A stretch of DNA of 63,006 nt, filler included, from Choristocarpus tenellus KU-1152 (lineage: Eukaryota; Protista; Phaeophyceae): NCBI GenBank assembly GCA_964200185.2. It is 15 parts of 15 records of this genome, joined end to end, with 100 filler letters (N's around TTAATTAATTAA, not from the genome) between each part and the next. Parts side by side here need not be neighbours in the genome. Positions count along the whole stretch, not along the records: positions 52,552 to 55,781 come from CAXNAD020021383.1; positions 55,882 to 59,615 come from CAXNAD020018239.1; positions 59,716 to 63,006 come from CAXNAD020020996.1; 12 more parts are not named here. The stretch is one strand, 5' to 3'. Within the stretch, counting starts at the first letter, position 1, and every line of letters starts with the position of its first letter. Positions 53,321-63,006 of this stretch are shown piece by piece. Below the pieces are notes generated by a model. It ran no database searches and was not told the DNA's origin. It saw nothing but the letters and a program-made list of their open reading frames with translations. The position numbers and the translations under genes are program-made.

Positions 53321-55015
53321 CAAAATTATGATGATGAGGATTATTTGCTGTAGAGAGAGGAAAGGTCTCACTGGGGGTAACAGTGAAAGGCAATACTTTG
53401 TTCAACTGAAGCCTGGATCATCAACTCCTGTTCTTGTTGTCACACAAACGTACACACAACAAGAAGGCAAAGCTGCTTTGACCAGTGGCTAGGTACTGTT
53501 GTTGATTGTTGTTGTGATTGAAACCCCAATGATCTCTCTTATTGTCTTTTCGTGAACTTGTTCGATTCCCTCCTCACCCTCCCTCCCTTCCTTGGATGGA
53601 CAAGCGGAGGAAGATGGTCCATCTCCTCTGCTTAGTGTCATTTAACCCCTCTCGTAATCAGTACCTTGTCCCTTACCCAAGAGTCCCTTTAGCAAATTCT
53701 AGAGGGGGTGCCACTGTTGTTGAGGTATTGTTGCTCTGTAACTGTTCCCTGATTTGTATCTATTACAGGGTCTGTTTGCTGACACATGCAGACTCCTGAT
53801 GAGGGTTTTCTGAATTCAGGTGATGAACATGTGGAGGATCAGGTGTGACATTCACAAGTCCCTTAATAACATGCCCCAAATCCACCCCTCCAAGGATGCT
53901 TTGACTTCTGCTTATTTCTTCTTTGATTTACATGAATAAAGATGTGTCTTAGGAGCAACTTCAGATTTTGTCAGCTGTATATATCTCACTTTCAGTTGCT
54001 GTTAAGCAGCTGTTGACAAGTTAAATCACTATGGTTCTAACACGAGGGATAACATCTTTGTCCTACACAGTGGCTATGCCAATCAAAAGAGGTGGTTCAG
54101 GCATGAGATCTTACTATTTGTTGTGGAACCATTTTGGTCAGGAATCCACTGTTCTCAGAAATATAGATAATACAATATCAATGTGTAACACACAGTAATA
54201 TTCACCTTACACTCAGAATCTACTTCTGAGTAGTACTAGACCATCACTCCCGGGGTCAGCAATAATTTAAGCAAGTAGTATGATGTTTGCAGTCATTGGG
54301 TTGTACAACTAGTCAAGTTTCAGATCCACGACATTTTACCCAATTGGATGAGGAAGTAGGTGTGTCTACTACAAGGAAATGACCAACCACTTGATCATTT
54401 TAGTGATGAAAGGGCCTCAAAATATATCAACATCAGCTGAAATAATTCCTATATTACGCTATTTTCCAAACCCCATCCACTCTCAACCTTACCATCCGAA
54501 ATCACACATGTGGCACATGCACATGCATGTTTTTAAATGGCACTAAATGGGTATCCAGGTAAAAAGAACAATGGCGACACCAGCCCTTTTGACATCAAAT
54601 ACTGCAAGTGATTATTGGTAGTGTTACTGGCAATAGATCAGGTTATTCTCTGCAGGCAATCAGCCAGTCGACTATTCACTGCCAGGACTGCCCATCCCGG
54701 AAGTGAGCAAATTCAGCAACAGAAGTTTGTATAACAAGAAAGCGTTTCCCATTACCCCTTACTAGTCACAGCTCACCCAAGCGATAAAAAAAAGAAAACT
54801 CAACAAGCTACACATTCCAACCAATTCTACATTTTTGTGTGTGAGGTGAAGACTTTCAACAAGCAGTTTCCGTAAAATAAGAAACGATACAACTTGTAAG
54901 GGGTTCAAACCCACTACCCCCTCCTCTGACAAAGCAACACTTAAGCCCCAGGATAAGGGTCTGATGCCGACTGGACACAGCAAGCTCAACAATCTCAGTG
55001 GAGTACACAGTTGAA

Positions 55016-55126
55016 CTACTTTCGGTACCTCAAGCTCTTGAAGTTGAAGTAAAGAGATAGAACTCCACGCTCAAACACACATCGGAATCCCCTCTTTCGC
55101 CCGTACTCCCACTCCCGATTAATGAT
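55016..55126 (-). CDS. CACTIN: Cactin, terminal exon
   Basis: ctgcag|IINREWEYGRKRGFRCVFERGVLSLYFNFKSLRYRK* matches the conserved cactin C-terminus (IVNREWEYSxKRGFRCxFxxGxxxLxFxFKRxRYRR). Confidence 0.9.
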   Translation of the reverse strand: MINREWEYGRKRGFRCVFERGVLSLYFNFKSLRYRK

Positions 55127-56024
55127 CTGCAGGAAGATGAACAAAAAGTCATTTTTAGGAGGATTAATGAGGGACAGGGACCTGTGAAGGCACTGAGGTG
55201 GTAACACATCCCACACTGGGCATATCTGATTGTACTGGTGTAAATGTCACTTCTCGCACTTTGTCCTGCAATACTTCGAGATAAGATGGCTTCCTGTGAG
55301 GGGAATGGTGGATAAGTCAATGACAAAAGGATTTCAACTTCAATGTTACGTCACCATTATCATCATTTACTGCCTACAACACACACAGGGATGCGTTCAG
55401 GAAGGGCATGCCATTGCATCAACCACATCTCATATGAAGTGCACAATAGCTGGACACCGATCTGCACTCTCTTCTACGAAGAACTACAATATTACTTCGA
55501 TCTTTCCAAGGTACACATAACCTAGCCAACCAAAGAAGCAAATAACCAGACAACTAGACTTGCTTCGCAGGAGCAAGAAAGTCACTGCCATGCATGGACA
55601 AAAAATATCTGTAGGAGATCAGTCCTTCAGCAGTGAAGGGAAATCATGCATACACACATCATCCAAAATGCGGTTCATAGGATTTCTCTCCAGATAGCAA
55701 TGGAGGTGGGGGGGGGGGGGGGATACTTAAGAAGCCATTAACATCAAAATAATCATTACACTCTTGGGAATTTGAGACATTNNNNNNNNNNNNNNNNNNN
55801 NNNNNNNNNNNNNNNNNNNNNNNNNTTAATTAATTAANNNNNNNNNNNNNNNNNNNNNNNNNNNNNNNNNNNNNNNNNNNNTTTCAAATCCGACACGGGC
55901 GACCAAATTGCACCAAAAAAGTGAAAAGCGAAAAAAGGGTGAAAATCGGACGCCGACATCCCCCCCCAGATACTTTGACCCTATGTTTCTGCCCCCAAGA
56001 GTGGAGAATGCTTGGGAGTCAAAC

Positions 56025-57538
56025 CTGAGGCAAAGGAAGACAGGGCACTAGGGAGTTGCTTTTTTGTCCTACCAAGGCCCATCTGCACCGCTGAGCTGGA
56101 AGTCCCCACTGAACTCTTGATATCCACAGCACTACAATCCTTGTTCAACACCTCCATGTCATATGAACCAGGCCCAGGCTGTTTATCCTCTCGACAGCCC
56201 ACTGGAAAGCGCTTAGATGTTGAGCCAAAAGCCCCCAGCTTGCTTCCTCCAGCTGCCACTCTCCGGGACATCTCCTCAGCCATGCCAAGCATATTATAAC
56301 TAGCAGGTCCAAGACTGGATTCAGATTTGGAGCTGTCCCCAAAGCGGAGAGTAGTGGACTGAAATCCTACAGGTACCACTGGTGTGATCCGCCCTCGGCG
56401 GGCATTGCTTAAGGCCCTCCAACGATCAAAGTCACTGGGAACCCCTGCATATGATCCTGGTCCTGGTGCACGACTTATGTTAGATGCCCCAGGTGGAGCC
56501 CCAAACCGTTCAGCAGTTGACAAGAAGGACAAATCTTTGCGCCCAGGTTCACGAGCTGCTTCAATTGCCCCAGGAAGAGAATAATCACCTGGGCCAGGCA
56601 TTGGCTGCGGTTTTTTCCGGGGCTTGTCCCGTGCAGTCTTTGAGTGAAATGCAGCTGTAGGACGTGGCCGCTTGAAGCGGAGAGTGTTCCCAATCTCAAC
56701 GCCATCATTTTTCTCGCCAAGGCATCTTCGGGCATTATAGTGCCCTGGACCTGGTGTGGTTGATGCTCGAAGCTTGTCAAGAGTGACCTGTCTATCTGAG
56801 CCCTTGGAAAAGTCCACCATAGTAGTCGACTTACGTGTGAAATCAACCCTTGGCTGGTAGTCCACTGGTCCTGGCCGGTCATTACCATGCCCCGTATGAC
56901 CCACCTCAACAGGACGCTGCATGATGAGTTCCCCGTGATGACCTTCCTCATAACCATAGCTTTGTTCCCGCCCCGGAATGGAAGGTGCGGTTGGTACTCG
57001 CACCCACTTTATCTTTTGGGCCTCCTCACCCTTTCCTGGTCCGCCTTTCAATCCAAATTCCTCGTGGCCAAGGTAGGCACCGGGACCCGGCGTTTCGTTC
57101 TGGAACGACCTCGCCTGAAACCGTTTCGACCTAGATTTGAACACGTCAGTTACTCTACCTGTCCCCCCGGTGAGGATCGCAGGCTCCGAAGCGTAATACC
57201 CAGGTCCTGGTACCTCTGTGACCAAGCCAGTGTCCATGACACGCTCCGTCGTACTGAGGAAAGGTGCAAAGCCTGGCCTTGCGCCAGATGTCGAAGGACT
57301 ACCACCAACCTCATAGCTTCCCGGTCCAACCCCCTCGTACAATGCTGGAACTACGAGGTGTGCGTGGAGAGTATCGAAAAGAAATATTAAGTAGTTGCCA
57401 CAGCTTTATGCACTTACGACTATTGGAAAGTGTTTGATTTATACAAGCTGTATAATCGTCCCACCCCCCACCTGGAACGATCCCGCCTGCTCTCCACCTA
57501 TCGCGATTCGCCCGGCAGTTGAAACCCAAACCTGGCAT
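56025..57538 (-). CDS. Sperm-tail PG-rich (SHIPPO-1) repeat protein, STPG2/ODF3-like; exons 57538-57418 and 57344-56025, 3' incomplete
   Basis: About nine PGPGxY-type repeats with FxSxxxRF motifs. A phase-1 GT-AG intron joins the two ORFs in frame. Confidence 0.9.
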
Positions 57539-57920
57539 ATCTGCTTCTCGTGTGTGGTGCGATCAAAACCATGAGAGAGACCTATCACTACACCTGATGT
57601 AGTTGCACCTTACTTCTACCCGTTCTATTGCAACCACGCAATATGCACTCTCAATGTTACATCCATAGTGCTATAATTAAGGGCTGCCGAACAAGTTCAA
57701 CGAATTTGTCCTACCCCCTACAATAACCGAGGGTGAGGGATAGTGGTGGTCCTACCGCACGGTGGTCTGGAAGGAAACAAAACGCTCAACAAGAGCAACG
57801 CCTCCAAGGTGATCTCGAAAGGTTTAAGAACATTGAAGTACAAGTAGTTGAAGTAATACTAACAATATGTTTTTGAAGTGTGTAAAAAAACTGCACTGAC
57901 TTCAGGGACCCTCCCCTCCT

Positions 57921-58096
57921 GAGCCAAAGTATCTAGGGAGGGGGAAGGGGGTCTACAACAGGGTGTCCATTTGGATCATAACCAGGAAAAGTGTACTTAC
58001 ATTATCCATCACCAATGCAACCTAATCACCCAAAAATCGCGACATGGAAAAATTGGCCCCAAATTGACAGCCGCCACCCCCCAGATACTTTGAGCC
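57921..58096. mobile_element. Short-subfamily MITE
   Basis: GAGCCAAAGTATCT...AGATACTTTGAGCC, with an interior matching 11105-11284. Confidence 0.85.
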
Positions 58097-59715
58097 TCCT
58101 GTCGTTTTCAACAAGGAATATCGGATTTTCTCCCCCTCGTAAATTGACTGGCTCTTGAGTGTTTCTTCTTACCACCACCAAGAATCAATGTTGACGTAGA
58201 ACAGTTGTCCTGTGTCCACTGACGACGACGACCGATCTCGCTACACCCCTCACGTCATTTTGGGGGGCACCCCTTTCACACCACCTACAAAGTAACCTTA
58301 AAGCATACTTTCTCTGCTTAATCAGTTGGTTATAAGACAATATTAACTTTATTTAGTGTGTAGACTACCTCAACTGATGACATAGGTTACAACACACTGC
58401 ACCACTCTTCCCTTCTCTTACTAGTAACTACTCTATCTACTACCTAAACTCTTACACAATCATTTGTCGTATGAATTTTGTTTTATAATACTGCCCCTAT
58501 GTTCGTGCCTTGTTTCTCATGCGACAGGTTCGGCAATCCCACACCTCCCTCTTCCAATTCCTCCTCCCTCAAATCTTGTGGTGAACTCACCTCAACATTG
58601 TCACCTCAAACTTGGTTCAAAGTTTTTGTAATATAGGAACAGGTACGGATATAGTAGGATAGTACAAACCGTATCACCTGTAGTGAAAGAAATGTCAGGT
58701 CAAGGTGGTTGAACCCTTAAGTTTCATCATGAGTAGGGGGGAGCCTCCTCATCATCAACTAACAGTGATGTGGGAGGATAAAGATACTCATGACCATATT
58801 ATTATATATTTCTATTGTCACAATAGTTTGGGGATTATCACAACCCGTGGTCAGGGTACTGCCCTACTTCTCATGATATTACTACTGTTACAACTAGTTG
58901 TACTGCCGCTGATCCTGCTTTAGGCTTCTTGCGCACTGGGTTCAGCACTCTCACAACTTGTCGCTTCGTCTCCTCCCTCAAATCTTGCCGCCTCAACATT
59001 TCCACCTTGATCTTGATTCAGTGTTTTGAGGTGAACTACGACAGTCAGGATAGTGCAGGTGCAGGTATCATTGCGCTTGCCGTGTGTGTAGTTGGATCGT
59101 CGAAACCAAATTTCCTTGGAGAGAAGTCGACATAGCTGAATCTTGTTCTGAACTCACTTCAAAGTTTGCACCTTGATCTACGTTCGATTTTTTGTGACAT
59201 AGCGATATATATTTAGGATGGTACAGGTGGACAACCATAGCGGTTGCCGTGCGCTGAGTTAAATGATTAATCGAAACTATTATTTTCTGTGAAAAGAAGT
59301 CTGATATTCAAGGGGTTCAACCCTGCAAAATGCAAGCAGAGAGGAGTCACTTTACTCCCTGATCCACAAGGACGCCTGACTCGGTATAAAAGACGAGATG
59401 ATTTGAAACTTACCAATATATTCGGTTCAAGTTGTGTCGAAAACTAGTGTTACACTTAAGTTGTTTGTGCTAACACAAGTATATATATATATCATATCAT
59501 TGGTTTCCACCTGACACATCTGCAAAATGTCAGAGGGCATAATAATAATATATATAATATAGTTGTTTATTATTATTATTATTATGCCCTCTGACATTTG
59601 CACATGTGTCAGGGGNNNNNNNNNNNNNNNNNNNNNNNNNNNNNNNNNNNNNNNNNNNNTTAATTAATTAANNNNNNNNNNNNNNNNNNNNNNNNNNNNN
59701 NNNNNNNNNNNNNNN

Positions 59716-62700
59716 CATCCACTGCTCTCTTCTCCTCCTCTGCTTGGGATGCAGAGGGAGCCACAAATCCTCCAACATTCCCTCTTTCCCCGTTCCCCCC
59801 CCCCCTCCTGAACCTTCCCACTTCCTCCCCACCCGGTCTCTATCTTGTCCTCTGTACTCTTGGGTGGTATGCCATGAGTAGGACATAATCCTTGCTGTGG
59901 TTCCAAACTTGTTCTGTTCTTATTGTTGCCATGTCCCCCATCAGAATCCCCTACTTCCCCATTCCCTTTCTTATGGCCAGAACCATAGCCACTACTGCAA
60001 TTTCTGTTACCAAGGAGAAGTGATGATGAGGATGTACTGCTCATTTTCGAAGTGGAAGAGTGTTTTTGACAATGGAGGAGATGGAGGGGAAGGTTCATGG
60101 TGGGAACCGTTTTTTCACAGCACTGGCACATCACCAATGTTAGAGGAGCTATTCCCCGGCCACTCTGCGCCTTTTGTACCTGCCAATTCACTGCTTCTGA
60201 TTCTTCACTTTGCTTTATGTTACCTCTTTGCCTTCCTCTTCGTGTTTTTGCTGTGTCCTTACCCCTCACTGCATCCACTTTGATACCTGACCCTACCTTC
60301 CCCCCTACTGCTATCCTGCTGTCTGTCTGTTGTCCTGGTTTTCCTCTCGTATTGTGTATTTTCCCCCCCAGTATCCTGCCCGCTGCCCCTGTCCCGCTGT
60401 AGCCCTTGTCACATATCATGCTCCTGTGACCATGCCGGCTGCATTGATCAAGGGGAAGGGGGAGACAGGAGGATTGTTTGTGATCACTCGGTCTCCTTCT
60501 TCTTTCAGATCTTCCCCCAACAGTCAAGCGGCTGCTCGTGCTTCCCTGTTGAAACTCCTCCTTAGCATCTGTACTGGGGCACTTATCACTGCACCCCCTC
60601 CCTCCTATATCTCTACTCCTGATCCCGTCCTCGTTAACCAGAGCAACACCATGCCCAGGAAACAGGAAGCACTTGCTTCTGAGAGCGGAGGAGAACAGAG
60701 CGACGGATGCAGGGTACACAGGAATGGCTCGTTCAACCTTTTGAGAACCTGCAAGATGAGAGAGGAGGAAGTTGAGTTCCGCAGGGATATCTAGGTGGTC
60801 AGAACAACAGGAGAGAAATTAGCCGAGAAAGCTTGGGTCGTCATGGGGGGGACTGGTAAAAAGCAATGGTTTGGGAATGTGATTGGGTGCGAAGCACGAT
60901 TGGAAGTGCTCTAACATTTTTTTCTTGTTTTAGAAGTAGAGGCGAGCTAAGTTCTCCGTTTAATCCATTGAGCAGAGGGTTTAGAGATGCAACACCTTAC
61001 ACCAGTTGTTGTCATCGCTTACCTCCGAAGTCAGCCTCGAAATCAACCCCCAAACAGTCAAAATGTCCCTCCCTGACCACAAGATCAACCCAAGTCCTCT
61101 TGTACACACCAAACCAAAGCACGGCATGCTGTTTATGCACCTTTAAATATTGTGTGATAGCATAATGGTGGTTGCTTACCTACTCCTCAGGACGATTGAA
61201 AGAATGACAACCATTTCTCTAACCAACCCTGTTGAGTCGACTTAACGTGATTGGTCCTTTCAATATCTGATCATATACCCGTACAAAAAATCATCTCGAC
61301 ATCTATCTTAACTAAAATCTACCGACTTTTCTTCTTCAAGTTTCTCACAACACTAGCATATCAACACTACCATACTGGTAGCTCCTACCCCATTCAATCT
61401 AACCCCACATATGTCACAGGGGAACCCTGATCGAAACAATTGGTCAGGTACCCGATAGGAAGAGTGTTATGTACCACCACCACAGCAGCATCATGCTAAC
61501 AAGTATTTCCCATTGAACCAATAGCAAATCAGTCCCCTACCCCCTCCATAATATGTTATCATTTTACTTTGCACGCTTAGGGATCGCACGATTCTTTTTT
61601 GTTAACATTTCTAGTGCCCTCGCCCTTTCATTTTGTTTGCAATGCCTCTAGCAGGGTCTATATACCAACGTGAAGTTCCGAAGTTTAGTGTATTTGTCCA
61701 CTGTTCCTATATGTCCTACTTCTACTCCCTGCATCTACATAAGATCAACGAAATCAGCTGTTTCTACTGCACTGCAGCAATCTCAAGCACACTCCAGTGA
61801 TCCCTCCCGACTCTTAAAACTCTGAGCCCTACCTGCTACCCTATTGGACCTCTGACCTTGATTTTGCTCTCCAGTGCAAACACCTCCAGAACGTGCTTTC
61901 GCAGGTGCTGGAAGCTGGAGTCCTTGCTCTCCCCATCCCTTGTCACCTTCCCCTCCCCCCCCACTTTCTCCATTATTGTTCCCTACCTCCCACTCCCCTC
62001 TGTCAATATTGTGGGCAGCACAATTGTCCTGAGGTGGACCATCCTCAAATGGGTGGCAAGAGAACTCCACTTCAAGGTCTAGATCCCCCAATAGACTGAT
62101 GAGCCCACCTGTTGGCTTTCCAACTTGTTCCCCCCTCCCACTTTTTTCAGCACAACCTCTGTGAAGAATCGCTGCCTCTCGCCCCTCTCTCCTCGTGACA
62201 GCCGCTGTGCATGTTGAGCCTAGGTTGCTCGGTACATTTGACATGCTCGATAACTCCCTCTTGGCTTGCTTAGGGCACGACTCAACAACGTCTAGGTAAA
62301 ACTGCCGATTTTCGTGCTGGGAAAGTGGGGCAACCATGGCGTAGTTGCAAGGGGCACGCCGAGGAGATACATGATGAGGAATACTCCTCGTTATACACAC
62401 CACAAAATTATGTTGCTCTAAGGTCACACCAACCCCTTTTTTATGCACCCCTTCACAGAAATACCAAATTACTATACCATGCTCCGTACAATACACTCAG
62501 GCCTTGCACACTGACCCAAGTGGTTGCACAAGGGCATGAAGCACACAAAGGTGTAGTTAGTTCCCCAACACACCTTGGTGAGGCTTTTACAGTGTCCCTA
62601 CTCTATACCTTTTTCTGTCTTACACCGAACCTTTCTGCATCCTGCCTATGTTCCTTGTAGGTATATTTTCCTTGAAGGGAAGTGAAATGACCAACATAGG

Positions 62701-62873
62701 AAAACACATCATTTTGCCACTCTTCAAGGTGCAGCATTCATCCATTTTCCCCAATCAATACTCCTGCAATTTGCCCCCCTGCTGACCTGGATTAGGATAG
62801 TCTCTCCCTCACACAGGACGGAGTAGTGACGAAGTGTTTCCTCCATAAGCGCCTTTGGCCCCTGTGAGATTAC
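59716..62873 (-). CDS. UFD1-family (ubiquitin fusion degradation) protein with a C-terminal CxxC-H-C zinc finger; partial, exons about 62873-62787, 62316-61835, 61140-61023, 60748-<59716
   Basis: PKALMEETLRHYSVLCEGETILIQ|HENRQFYLDVVESCP...ISLLGDLDLEVEF is the UFD1 second subdomain; later CQCCEKTVPTMNLPLHLLHC. The junction between exons 2 and 3 is uncertain. Confidence 0.75.
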
Positions 62874-63006
62874 CTTGGATGAGCTATAATTATTAAAAGA
62901 GAGGAATGGAAGTGGTGGAGTGGTGTTACTATAAACTTTTGCACCCCTCTCCACTTGCACAGTGCTACACCACAGTCACTATCGCAATTCCCGACCCAAA
63001 GTATCT

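Noticed and set aside
2878-59715. Regularly recurring TTAATTAATTAA palindrome that could look like an array or a recombination site
   Set aside because: It is always centred in exactly 44+44 Ns. It is an artificial concatenation linker.
1-63006. A multi-gene system or cluster formed by PFK-2, TBL1, cactin, SHIPPO and UFD1 genes
   Set aside because: These genes lie on different, artificially joined contigs and are functionally unrelated.
1-63006. Most short ORFs in the supplied track
   Set aside because: They use non-ATG starts, overlap repeats or N runs, or are antisense shadows. The real genes here are spliced.

Overview
Eukaryotic nuclear DNA, about 40-45% GC by eye. It has GT-AG introns, interstitial TTAGGG tracts, a flagellar SHIPPO-repeat gene and a possible bipartite plastid presequence, which together suggest a stramenopile, possibly a brown alga (inference). 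The window is not contiguous. It is 15 short contigs (about 3-7.5 kb) joined by 14 identical artificial 100-bp linkers (N44-TTAATTAATTAA-N44), so adjacency across linkers means nothing. Recognisable host gene fragments are a PFK-2/FBPase-2 with a degenerate phosphatase active site, a TBL1-like LisH protein, the last exon of cactin, an STPG/ODF3-like SHIPPO-repeat protein and a UFD1-family protein. Most of the rest is transposon debris: a chromodomain Gypsy, Copia, LINE-like and Penelope-like remnants, plant-type mariner, IS630/Tc1-like and pogo-like fragments, an abundant MITE family with CAAAGTATCT termini and 3-bp TSDs, and a dispersed stem-loop+(TAA)n terminal motif. The most interesting observations are the pseudo-phosphatase, several long fold-back palindromes built from TE sequence, the two repeat families and a decayed SF3-helicase-like (possibly viral) remnant. 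I found no convincing new multi-gene system.
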